DNA of 46,157 bases, from sequence record SRR20825006_1847; one strand, written 5' to 3'. The position numbers and the translations under genes are program-made. This document shows, one piece after another, positions 37,466 through 46,157 of this stretch. The stretch's first letter is position 1, and every line of letters begins with the position of its first letter. The notes under the pieces were generated by a model, which had not been told where the DNA came from, did not search any database, and worked only from the letters and a program-made list of their open reading frames with translations.

Positions 37466-38952
37466 TCGAAACTCATCACGATGGTTTTCGAGCGGGTAAA
37501 ATGCGCGAGCATCGCCTCCAAAGACGCCTCTTTGCCCAATCCCGATCGCCCAAACCCGCCGTAGGACACATTGGGTTGGATCGTCAGATTTTGGTTCACC
37601 TGCACATAGCCCGCGTTGAGCCGGGATGTCGCGTCCAAGGCCATCGACAGGCTTTGGGTCCACACCGTCGCGGCCAAACCATAGCGGCTGTCATTGGCGC
37701 GCGCGATCACGTCCTCATAGTCGGACCATGTTTGGATCACCGCCACGGGGCCAAAGATTTCGTTTTGCACGCAGGGGTGGTCTTCGGGCAAGCCAAGCAG
37801 CAGCGTCGGCTGTGCAAAGAGATCAGGCGACAGGCCCGCGCCCTCTGGCATCTTGCCACAGCGGACGACCTTTGCCCCCGGCGCGGCCTCGGCCATGGCG
37901 ACATAGCCCGCCACCACCTTGGCCTGTTTGGCGTTGATGATCGTGCCAATATCTGTGGCCTCATCCAAGGGATCGCCAATCACCAGCGCGTCCAATTTGG
38001 TTTTCAACGCGACGAGGAAGGCCTCATACAGGCTGTCATGGACATACATCCGCGACGAAGCGGTGCAGCTTTGGCCCTGACGGGTGAACCGCATCCCCGA
38101 AATCGCCCCCGCCACGGCTTTGCCCACATCCGCATCGGCGCAGACGATCATCGGGCTTTTGCCGCCCAATTCCAAGGAGGCGGGCGCGATCCGTTCGGCG
38201 GCGGCTTTATAGACGGTTTCACCCACCGCCTCAGACCCGGTAAAGGTGATTTTCGCCACATCCGGGTGCGCGGTTAGCGCCGCGCCACAATCCGGCCCCG
38301 TGCCGTTGATCACATTCAACACGCCCGCAGGCAGGTGTTCCATCACGATCTCTGCTGCCAAATAGGTGGCAAAGGGCGCCTCTTCGGAGGCTTTCACCAC
38401 AACCGTGTTGCCCGCCACCAAAGCCGGTGCGATTTTCAGCATCATCAAAACAAGCGGCACATTCCATGGCACAATCGCCGCCACAACGCCCAAAGGTTCG
38501 CGCACCGTCATCGTCAACATACGCGGGTTGAACGGGATGGTTTCGCCTTTGAGTTCCGACCCCAGCCCGCCGTAAAATTCCATGATATCGGCGGACACGG
38601 CGACCTCGCCCCGGCATTCGGTGCGAATGGCCTTGCCGGTCTCCCGCGCCAAAACTTGCGCCACCAACTCGGCGTGTTCGGCCAGGGCGCGTCCGGCGCT
38701 TGCGACCCGTTTGCCGCGCTCGCGGGCAGGCATCGCAGCCCATGCCGCCCCGGCGGCTTTGGCGGCCTCAACGGCGGCGTCCGTCTCCACAGCTCCCGAG
38801 GCGGCGGCCTGCCCCAAAACCGCGCCCGTGGCCGGGTTCAACACATCCAGTCCCGCCGCCACAGGCACGCGTTCGCCGCCCACAAGATTGAGGTTGCGAT
38901 AGGCCACGATGACGGCGGCGGCGTCGGGGAATGGGGATGCGATGCTGTTCAT
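37462..38952 (-). CDS. NAD(P)-dependent aldehyde dehydrogenase
   Basis: IVPWNVP, FTGS, LELGGKSP, GQSCTA, EIFGP. Stop overlaps the MocR stop (TTAA). Confidence 0.95.
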   Translation of the reverse strand: MNSIASPFPDAAAVIVAYRNLNLVGGERVPVAAGLDVLNPATGAVLGQAAASGAVETDAAVEAAKAAGAAWAAMPARERGKRVASAGRALAEHAELVAQVLARETGKAIRTECRGEVAVSADIMEFYGGLGSELKGETIPFNPRMLTMTVREPLGVVAAIVPWNVPLVLMMLKIAPALVAGNTVVVKASEEAPFATYLAAEIVMEHLPAGVLNVINGTGPDCGAALTAHPDVAKITFTGSEAVGETVYKAAAERIAPASLELGGKSPMIVCADADVGKAVAGAISGMRFTRQGQSCTASSRMYVHDSLYEAFLVALKTKLDALVIGDPLDEATDIGTIINAKQAKVVAGYVAMAEAAPGAKVVRCGKMPEGAGLSPDLFAQPTLLLGLPEDHPCVQNEIFGPVAVIQTWSDYEDVIARANDSRYGLAATVWTQSLSMALDATSRLNAGYVQVNQNLTIQPNVSYGGFGRSGLGKEASLEAMLAHFTRSKTIVMSFD

Positions 38953-38986
38953 CCCCCATCCATCGCCGGAAAGGTCAGACCCGGAC

Positions 38987-39017
38987 AGAGCCAGCCAAAT
39001 GATTCAATGGGTCCAGA
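38987..39017 (-). promoter_or_regulatory. Putative MocR/TauR-type operator, copy 2
   Basis: AGAGCCAG-N12-ATGGGTCCAGA upstream of the aldehyde dehydrogenase. A further CTGG...CTGG pair with 22-bp period (39035, 39057) faces the aminotransferase. Confidence 0.8.
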
Positions 39018-39119
39018 TTGGCTTCTTCCTTGAACTGGAGCGCCAAATCGTTTCCGCTGGCCACATGCACCGCCTCAAGAGGCCGGTTTGAACACCCCAT
39101 TTTGCCACGGAGTTCCCCA

Positions 39120-40493
39120 ATGTATGACAATGATCTCTCTGCCGTCGTCAGCGCCGATCGCGCTCATGTGTGGCACCATATGTTCCAACACCAACTGCTC
39201 GAAAGCCGCGATCCGCGCATCATTGTCGAGGGCAAGGGCATGTCGGTTTGGGACCAAAATGGCCGGGAATTTTTGGACGCGGTGTCGGGCGGCGTGTGGA
39301 CCGTCAACGTCGGCTACGGACGCGAACGGATCGCCAATGCGGTACGCGATCAGTTGATCAAAATGAACTATTTCGCGGGCTCTGCCGGATCTATTCCGGC
39401 GGCGACCTTTGCCGAGAAACTGACCGAGAAAACCCCCGGCCTGAGCCGCGTTTATTACTGTAACTCCGGGTCGGAAGCCAATGAAAAGGCTTTCAAAATG
39501 GTGCGCCAGATCGCGCATCAACGCTATGGCGGCAAGAAATCCAAAATCCTCTATCGCGACCGCGATTATCACGGCACCACCATCGCTACGCTGTCGGCCT
39601 GTGGTCAACAACAACGCGCCACGCATTACGGCCCCTTCGTGCCCGATTTTGTCCAGGTGCCGCATTGCCTTGAGTACCGCAAACAATGGGATGTGGAGAA
39701 TTACGGTCTACGCGCCGCTGAGGCGATCGAAGAGGTGATCCTGCGCGAAGGCCCCGATACTGTGGGCGCGCTCTGTCTTGAACCCGTGACCGCCGGCGGC
39801 GGCGTGATCACTCCGCCCGAGGGCTATTGGGAAAAGGTTCAGGAGATCTGTCAGAAATACGATATTCTGTTGCACATCGACGAGGTGGTGTGTGGCATGG
39901 GCCGGACCGGAGAATGGTTTGGCTATCAGAACTACGGCATCAAACCGGACTTCATCACCGCCGCCAAAGGCGTGGCCTCGGGCTATGCCGCCATTGCGGT
40001 GCTGATCACCACGGATGAGGTGTTTTCGATGTTCAAGGACGCCCCCGAAGACCAACTCAACCACTTCCGCGACATCTCCACCTTTGGCGGCTGTACGGCG
40101 GGTCCGGCGGCGGCACTCGAGAACATGGCAATCATCGAGGAAGAGGGTTTGCTCGCCAACACCACAGCCATGGGCGCGCGCCTGATGGAGGGCTTGGCGA
40201 TGCTCGAAGACAAGCACCCGTTGATTGGCAATATTCGCGGCAAAGGCCTGTTCTGTGGCGCGGAATTGGTGGCGGATCGGGAGACCAAAGAGCCACTGGC
40301 CGAAAAGCTGGTGCAGGCGGTTGTGGCCGAATGCGACAAGCAGGGCGTGATCATCGGCGCGACCATGCGCTCGATCCCCGGCTTCAACAACACGCTGTGT
40401 TTCTCACCGGCGCTGATCTCTGGGCCGTCCGAGATCGACCGGATTTTGGATGCGGTGGACAATGGCTTGACCACAGTTGAGTCGGCACTTTAA
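39120..40493 (+). CDS. tpa: Class III aminotransferase, taurine:pyruvate aminotransferase-like
   Basis: ADRAHVWHH, LDAVSGGVWTVNVGYGRE, NSGSEANEKAFK, YRDRDYHGTT, HIDEVVCG, AKGVASGY, RDISTFGGC, all characteristic of Roseobacter Tpa. Substrate not proven. Confidence 0.75.
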   Translation: MYDNDLSAVVSADRAHVWHHMFQHQLLESRDPRIIVEGKGMSVWDQNGREFLDAVSGGVWTVNVGYGRERIANAVRDQLIKMNYFAGSAGSIPAATFAEKLTEKTPGLSRVYYCNSGSEANEKAFKMVRQIAHQRYGGKKSKILYRDRDYHGTTIATLSACGQQQRATHYGPFVPDFVQVPHCLEYRKQWDVENYGLRAAEAIEEVILREGPDTVGALCLEPVTAGGGVITPPEGYWEKVQEICQKYDILLHIDEVVCGMGRTGEWFGYQNYGIKPDFITAAKGVASGYAAIAVLITTDEVFSMFKDAPEDQLNHFRDISTFGGCTAGPAAALENMAIIEEEGLLANTTAMGARLMEGLAMLEDKHPLIGNIRGKGLFCGAELVADRETKEPLAEKLVQAVVAECDKQGVIIGATMRSIPGFNNTLCFSPALISGPSEIDRILDAVDNGLTTVESAL

Positions 40494-40525
40494 GTTAAAA
40501 CACTACTGCATTGATCTAAAAAGAG

Positions 40526-41290
40526 TTATGCCCCGCCTATGCGCGGGGCATTTTCCGTTTCGACCTGCGCGCTGTCTTCTTTCAATCCGGTGCCCGTGAG
40601 GCCCAATGTGAGCGCCGCGCGGGTCAGCCAGGCGATTTTTCGCGCCGCCTCATCCGGGCTCATCCCGCCCTTGCCATGGATGTTGGACAGGCAATTGCGG
40701 TCGCTGTCGCGTCGGCCAATGCGCGGACCAAAGGTCAAATACGCGCCCAGACTATCGGCGACGCTCAACCCCGGTCGTTCACCGACCAAGACCACCACCA
40801 GCTGCGCTCCCAAGAGATCGCCAATCTCATCGCCAATCGCCACACGGGCCTGCGCAGCGATGACAACCGGGCCGATCCTCAGCCCTGACACTTTCGGCAC
40901 ACAGGCATGCACCACCGCCGCCGCATGGGTTTGCACTGCGGCTGAGGACAGCCCGTCGGCGATGACAAAGGCCACATCACAGGGTGCGCGGGCGTTGAGC
41001 TTTTCCGCCTCACCCGAAGCCAGCCTTCGCCCCAAATCCGGGCGGCGCAGATAGGTGCCGCGATCTGGCGCGGCGGAGGCGACGCGGATCACCTCTTGCG
41101 GTGCCAAATCCCGCGCCAAAGCCTCGACATCCAGCGCCGAATGCACCGCATCGCGGGCGCGGGCATGGGCGTATTGAAAGTCCAGGTTGGCCCCGGTCGG
41201 CAGACCCGCCCCCGTGCGGCCCAACCCGATCCGCGCCACCGTGGCAGCGCGCAGCTTGGCCCATGGATCATGGCTCGGGACATCACTCAT
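40526..41290 (-). CDS. eutC: Ethanolamine ammonia-lyase small subunit
   Basis: ARIGLGRTG, HARARDAV, YLRRPDLGR, IADGLSS, GERPGLS, RNCLSNI. Confidence 0.96.
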   Translation of the reverse strand: MSDVPSHDPWAKLRAATVARIGLGRTGAGLPTGANLDFQYAHARARDAVHSALDVEALARDLAPQEVIRVASAAPDRGTYLRRPDLGRRLASGEAEKLNARAPCDVAFVIADGLSSAAVQTHAAAVVHACVPKVSGLRIGPVVIAAQARVAIGDEIGDLLGAQLVVVLVGERPGLSVADSLGAYLTFGPRIGRRDSDRNCLSNIHGKGGMSPDEAARKIAWLTRAALTLGLTGTGLKEDSAQVETENAPRIGGA

Positions 41291-42669
41291 TGCGCCGCCT
41301 CCAAAAGCCGCAGCGCCCCCGCACCATTCTCAACCAAATGTCCGGTCTCAGACACGATCCCCATCGCCATGAGCCAGGTTTCAAACTCCGGCGCGGCCTT
41401 TAACCCAAGGCTGTTGCGCAGATAGGCGATGTCATGAAACGACAGGCTTTGGTAGTTGAGCATGATGTCGTCCGCCCCCGGCACCCCGATCAGGAAATGC
41501 GCCCGCGCCTCGGCCAGAAGCGTCATCAACACATCCATGTCGTTCTGATCGGCTTCGGAATGATTGGTGTAACACACGTCACAGCCCATCGGCAGACCCA
41601 AAAGTTTGCCGCAAAAATGGTCCTCAAGCCCAGCGCGGATGATCTCTTTACCGTCATACAAATACTCAGGGCCGATAAAGCCGACGACCGTGTTCACAAT
41701 CAGCGGATCATAGGCACGACAGACCGCATAGGCGCGGGTCTCAAGGGTTTGTTGATCAATGCCATGATGGGCATTGGCGGAGAGTGCCGCCCCCTGCCCG
41801 GTTTCGAAATACATCACATTTTGCCCCACCGTGCCGCGCCTCAATGAGAGCGCCGCCTCATGTGCCTCTGCCAGCATCGGCAGGGTCACACCAAAGCCTT
41901 CATTGGCGGCTTGGGTCCCGGCCACCGATTGAAACACCAAATCAACCGGCGCGCCGCGGTTGATGATCTCGATGGCGTTGGTCACATGGGTCAGCACACA
42001 GCTTTGGGTCGGGATGTCGTAGCTTTGCCGCAGATCATCCAACATTTGCAACAGCGCCATGGCGGTGGGAATATTGTCCGTCGCCGGGTTGATCCCGATC
42101 ACAGCATCCCCAACGCCAAAGGACAGCCCGTCGAGCGTGGAGGCAACGATGCCTTTGAGATCATCGGCGGGGTGGTTGGGTTGCAGGCGCGACCCCATGC
42201 GGCCCTCAAGACCCAAGGTGGTGCGAAACGCGGTGACCACGCGGATTTTGCGCGCCACAGCAATCAGATCGCGGTTGCGCATGAGTTTTGAAACGGCGGC
42301 GACCATTTCCGGCATCAACCCCGGCGCAAGCCCGCTCAGCGTCGGCGCGTCAGCCACGTCGGACAACAGCCAATCGCGAAATTGCCCGACGGTCATGTGA
42401 GACACCAGCGCAAAGGCCACCGCATCGTGACTGTCGACAATCAGCCGGGTGACATCGTCGATCTCATAGGGGATCAGCAGGTCGGTCAAAAACAGCTTGA
42501 GCGGCAAATCGGCCAGCACCATTTGGGCCGCGACCCGTTCGACATCGCTCTCGGCCATCACCCCTGCCAAAGCATCGCCAGAACGCGCGGGCGTGGCCTT
42601 GGCCATCACTTCCGCCAAAGAGCCAAAGCTGTGACGTTCACCTGCCAAAAGGGTTTGAAAACGGCTCAT
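41287..42669 (-). CDS. eutB: Ethanolamine ammonia-lyase large subunit
   Basis: AKATPARSGD, RLQPNHP, MYFETGQG, GFIGPEYLY, GLEDHFCGKL, DVCYTNH. Start MSRFQ behind GAGGA. Confidence 0.97.
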   Translation of the reverse strand: MSRFQTLLAGERHSFGSLAEVMAKATPARSGDALAGVMAESDVERVAAQMVLADLPLKLFLTDLLIPYEIDDVTRLIVDSHDAVAFALVSHMTVGQFRDWLLSDVADAPTLSGLAPGLMPEMVAAVSKLMRNRDLIAVARKIRVVTAFRTTLGLEGRMGSRLQPNHPADDLKGIVASTLDGLSFGVGDAVIGINPATDNIPTAMALLQMLDDLRQSYDIPTQSCVLTHVTNAIEIINRGAPVDLVFQSVAGTQAANEGFGVTLPMLAEAHEAALSLRRGTVGQNVMYFETGQGAALSANAHHGIDQQTLETRAYAVCRAYDPLIVNTVVGFIGPEYLYDGKEIIRAGLEDHFCGKLLGLPMGCDVCYTNHSEADQNDMDVLMTLLAEARAHFLIGVPGADDIMLNYQSLSFHDIAYLRNSLGLKAAPEFETWLMAMGIVSETGHLVENGAGALRLLEAAQ

Positions 42670-42773
42670 TCGGTCCTCACACATGCGATCCAGTTAAGAC
42701 CTAAAATGCGCCGTTGCGAAAGCCCCGTGAAAACCGCCCCTGACCCAATGACCGGAGCGCGCATTCTCGTCTG

Positions 42774-42789
42774 CGCCCTAAAATGAGGC
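42774..42789. promoter_or_regulatory. Putative NtrC binding site upstream of eutBC
   Basis: CGCC-CTAAAATGA-GGC matches the Rhodobacter NtrC consensus CGCC-N9-GGC; a weaker second site follows. Confidence 0.5.
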
Positions 42790-42814
42790 ACAGGCGCATA
42801 ATTTTCCGCCGGCC

Positions 42815-43486
42815 CTAAGGCGCATGTCTCAGGCAGCCGTTGAGGAAAATCTCGATCGCGGCCTCCCGACGCAGAGCCATGTCGCCCTCAACCGGACAGG
42901 CATAGTCCGGGTCCAACAGACTTGGCACCGGGTTCCAAAACGCCATATCCATCAAAATCTCCGCCGCCAGCGCCACCCGATCTGGAGCAATTTCAAGCAC
43001 ATCCTCGCGCACCGCCTCCTCCAACTCGGCACAGATGTACCCTCGCAAGATGCCGCGGCCATTCTGGCACATTTCACGCGCCAAATTGGGGTAGACATGC
43101 GCCTTGGCAATCAGGGTGCGCAGGAACTCCCGCTTGCGGTCTTCACTGACCGGCGGCTTGTTCAGCGTGAGCAAAAGCGACAAACGCTCCTTCAAAGGCT
43201 TGGTTTTCTCGACCTCATTCAAGGGCAGAAAAATCACCTTGCCGATCTCGGCCATGCTGCGGCGCAGGAGCGCTTCGAGACTGTCAAAATGAGCGTAGAT
43301 CGTGCGCTTTGACATGCCGGTTTCGCGTGCAATTGCCGCCATCGTGACCTCATCCAAGGACGAACTCATCAACAGCGCTTTGGTGGCACGCACAATTTCC
43401 TCTTCGCGTGCAGCACTGTCCATTTGAACCGGGCGACCGCGACGGCGATGAGGCTCACACGCATTCATATCTGTCTCTTTCACCAT
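42815..43486 (-). CDS. TetR/AcrR family regulator, divergent from the RND pump
   Basis: RRRGRP...TMAAIARETGMSKRTIYAHF HTH; ATG behind CAGGAG. Confidence 0.9.
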   Translation of the reverse strand: MVKETDMNACEPHRRRGRPVQMDSAAREEEIVRATKALLMSSSLDEVTMAAIARETGMSKRTIYAHFDSLEALLRRSMAEIGKVIFLPLNEVEKTKPLKERLSLLLTLNKPPVSEDRKREFLRTLIAKAHVYPNLAREMCQNGRGILRGYICAELEEAVREDVLEIAPDRVALAAEILMDMAFWNPVPSLLDPDYACPVEGDMALRREAAIEIFLNGCLRHAP

Positions 43487-43711
43487 ATGCGCTTCTCCTG
43501 CTTGCCATGATCGCCACCATTTCGCCCACAACTGTCCTGCATTTGTGCACAGAGAGGGTGCCGATCACAAACTTTACAAAACCATCCCGTTTCTTTAATG
43601 AAAATTCAAGAGCGACATACACCTGTGTGATAAACAGAGCCATCGCAAACGCATCATTCCTGAGACTGGGCCGTTCCTACGCGTGCCCCAATCCCCTTGC
43701 CGGAGACCTCC

Positions 43712-44881
43712 ATGCCCAACACCCTCCTCCCCCAAAGCCTGCCTGTGTCGCTGCGCCGGATGTCCACCGCCTTTGCGCTTGCCCTCTGCGCCGCGATGCC
43801 CGCCTTCGCGCAAGAATCACCCCCGCCAACGCCTGTGACCGTGGTCACGCTGGAGGCCAAAGACATCACCTTGACCGCCCCTCTGCCCGGTCGCGTTGCC
43901 GCCTCAAGTGCCGCCGAAGTGCGTCCCCAGGTCGATGGCATCATCCGCGCCCGTCTGTTTGAAGAGGGTCGCCCGGTTGAAAAAGGCGATGCGCTTTATG
44001 AAATCGACGCCGCCTCTTATGAGGCGCAAAAGGCAGTGGCCGAGGCCGGTTTGGCCCAGGCCAAGGCCGCGCTGAAATCGGCGATGATCGAATATGATCG
44101 CCAGCAGGAATTGAAATCGCGCAATGTCGTGGCGCAGCAAAACCTCGACAGTGCCATCGCCGCCCGCGATTCCGCAGAAGCCGCGATCAAACTGGCCGAA
44201 GCCAATCTTTTGTCCGCCGAGATTGATCTGGACCGCGCCACGATCCGCGCACCGATCGCCGGCGTGGTGGGTCTCAGCCAAATCACCCAAGGGGCGCTTG
44301 TCACCTCAGGGCAAGCCAGCCCGCTCACCGTGATCCGCGCGCTCGATCCGGTCTATGTCGATGTCACCCAGGCGGCGGCAGACATGCTGCGCTGGCAGCG
44401 CGCCGGAAGCGATGCGGTCTTTGCCGGCAACATCGGCCAAACGGTCGAGCTGCAGCTGACCGATGGCAGCACCTATGAGCAAAAAGGCGAATTGTCCGCC
44501 GCAGAGCCCCATGTCGATGAACAAACCGGCTCGATCCTGTTGCGCCTGTCCTTCCCGAACCCGGATCATTTCCTGCTGCCCGGCATGTATGTTCAGGTCG
44601 AGATGCCGCAAGGTCTGATCAAGGGCGCGATCCTGGTGCCGCAAGAGGCGGTGACACGGGATCGGCGCGGTCGCCCGATGGTCTTTGTCGTCACGCCCGA
44701 ACATGTCGTCGAACAGCGCACGCTGACGGTGCAAAGCGATCAAGGCGCGAATTGGGTGGTGACCGAGGGTGTCGCCTCTGGTGAGATGGTGATCGTGGCC
44801 GGACTGCAAAAAGTCTCCCCCGGTATGACCGTCGCCCCGCAACCGCAAGAGGCCGTCCCCGCCTCCAGCGACAGCAACTGA
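43712..44881 (+). CDS. acrA: RND efflux periplasmic adaptor subunit
   Basis: [44 protein letters not shown]. Confidence 0.9.
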   Translation: MPNTLLPQSLPVSLRRMSTAFALALCAAMPAFAQESPPPTPVTVVTLEAKDITLTAPLPGRVAASSAAEVRPQVDGIIRARLFEEGRPVEKGDALYEIDAASYEAQKAVAEAGLAQAKAALKSAMIEYDRQQELKSRNVVAQQNLDSAIAARDSAEAAIKLAEANLLSAEIDLDRATIRAPIAGVVGLSQITQGALVTSGQASPLTVIRALDPVYVDVTQAAADMLRWQRAGSDAVFAGNIGQTVELQLTDGSTYEQKGELSAAEPHVDEQTGSILLRLSFPNPDHFLLPGMYVQVEMPQGLIKGAILVPQEAVTRDRRGRPMVFVVTPEHVVEQRTLTVQSDQGANWVVTEGVASGEMVIVAGLQKVSPGMTVAPQPQEAVPASSDSN

Positions 44882-44903
44882 GCAAAGCCCGGAAGGACCC
44901 CTC

Positions 44904-46157
44904 ATGGCCCGTTTTTTCATTGACCGCCCGGTATTTGCCTGGGTTATTTCGATCCTGATCATGGGCATTGGTGCGCTGTCGATCGTCACCCTGCCCATTG
45001 CCCAATACCCGCAAATCGCACCGCCCTCGGTCTCGATCCACGCCACCTATCCGGGGGCATCGGCCGAAACCGTGGCCAACACCGTCACCCAAGTCATCGA
45101 ACAACAGATGACCGGGTTGGACGGAATGCGATATATGTCATCAAGTTCGACCTCATCGGGGTCGGCCTCGATCACCATGACCTTTGAAACCGGGATTGAC
45201 CCGGACATCGCGCAGGTTCAGGTGCAAAACAAATTGGCCCAGGCCACGGCGCTTTTGCCCGAAGCGGTGCAGCGCCAAGGCGTGACCGTTCAAAAATCCT
45301 CGGCGGGTTTCTTGATGGTGATCGGTCTGATTTCCGAAGATGGCCAGTTGGATCAGGCTGATCTTGCCGATTATCTCAACACCAATCTTGTCGACGCGTT
45401 CAGCCGCATCGAAGGTGTCGGCGGCACCCAGATTTTTGGGGCGCAATATGCCATGCGAATCTGGCTCGATCCGTCCAAACTGGCCGCTTTTGACATGACG
45501 CCCTCCGATGTCGTCAGCGCGATCTCTTCGCAAAACGCCCAGATTTCGGCGGGGGCCTTTGGCAGTCTGCCCTCCCCCGAGGGTCAGGCCCTGAACGCCA
45601 CCATCACGGCACAATCGCTTTTGAAAACGCCGGAAGATTTCCGCAATATCATCCTGCGCTCCGAAGGCGACGGTGGCATTGTGTTGTTGCAAGACGTGGC
45701 CCGTGTCGAAGTCGGTGCGGAAAACTACTCCACGATTGCCCAATACAATGGCAACCCCGCCTCCGGCATGGCGATCCAGCTTGCCCCCGGTGCCAATGCG
45801 CTCGACACGTCGAAATTGGTGCGTGAAAAAATTAGCGAATATGCACAGTATTTCCCCGAAGGCGTGAGCTACGTCATCCCCTATGACACGACGCCCTTTG
45901 TCGAAATCTCGATCCACGAAGTCCAGAAAACCCTGATGGAAGCCATCGTTTTGGTGTTCTTCGTCATGCTGTTGTTCTTGCAAAACCTGCGCGCCACGTT
46001 GATCCCGACCTTGGCTGTGCCTGTCGTTTTGCTCGGGACTTTCGCGATCTTGTCGCTGTTTGGCTATTCGATCAACGTGCTGACCATGTTGGCGATGGTT
46101 CTGGCCATCGGTCTTTTGGTCGATGACGCCATCGTGGTGGTCGAAAACGTCGAACGG
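44904..46157 (+). CDS. acrB: RND efflux permease subunit (runs off the window end)
   Basis: Manual translation: [20 protein letters not shown]...[12 protein letters not shown]...[18 protein letters not shown]. Confidence 0.95.
   Translation, partial: MARFFIDRPVFAWVISILIMGIGALSIVTLPIAQYPQIAPPSVSIHATYPGASAETVANTVTQVIEQQMTGLDGMRYMSSSSTSSGSASITMTFETGIDPDIAQVQVQNKLAQATALLPEAVQRQGVTVQKSSAGFLMVIGLISEDGQLDQADLADYLNTNLVDAFSRIEGVGGTQIFGAQYAMRIWLDPSKLAAFDMTPSDVVSAISSQNAQISAGAFGSLPSPEGQALNATITAQSLLKTPEDFRNIILRSEGDGGIVLLQDVARVEVGAENYSTIAQYNGNPASGMAIQLAPGANALDTSKLVREKISEYAQYFPEGVSYVIPYDTTPFVEISIHEVQKTLMEAIVLVFFVMLLFLQNLRATLIPTLAVPVVLLGTFAILSLFGYSINVLTMLAMVLAIGLLVDDAIVVVENVER

Noticed and set aside
42670-42814. 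Cobalamin riboswitch upstream of the B12-dependent eutBC
   Set aside because: The intergenic region is only about 145 nt and I could not find B12-box consensus elements.
43575-43600. Operator for the AcrAB-linked TetR (AAAAC-CATCCC-GTTTC)
   Set aside because: The symmetry is too short and imperfect to support from this sequence alone.
1-46157. CRISPR arrays, tRNA/rRNA genes, IS elements, integrases
   Set aside because: I found no regularly spaced repeats, cloverleaf or rRNA-like segments, or transposase/recombinase motifs by eye; a covariance-model scan would be needed to exclude small RNAs.

Overview
A roughly 60% GC chromosomal window from an alphaproteobacterium, most likely Rhodobacteraceae/Roseobacter group (inferred from gene content, codon style and regulatory motifs). 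In order it contains: truncated clpX and clpP; an iron-regulated imelysin/di-haem/DUF1513 cluster with Iron-Rhodo-like boxes; a TetR-HlyD-ABC exporter; an FNR-box-preceded pair of a DsrL/GltD-like Fe-S flavoprotein and pyruvate:ferredoxin oxidoreductase; an L,D-transpeptidase, a small lipoprotein and a 2-hydroxyacid dehydrogenase; an orphan RHH-ParA pair; a PHP hydrolase; RidA plus a 9-gene N-heterocycle (possibly pterin) uptake/catabolism operon; a low-GC stand-alone gene resembling only the C-terminal helices of cytochrome oxidase subunit I; a PotABCD-like transporter, MocR regulator, aldehyde dehydrogenase and Tpa-like aminotransferase that share one operator motif; eutBC; and a TetR-AcrAB efflux locus (acrB truncated). 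I saw no rRNA, tRNA, CRISPR array, transposase or integrase. The best candidates for undescribed systems are the N-heterocycle operon, the MocR amine regulon with its conserved 22-bp-period operator, the mini-COX1-like cassette, the RHH-ParA module and the FNR-controlled flavoprotein/PFOR pair. All family calls come from motif recognition, not database searches.
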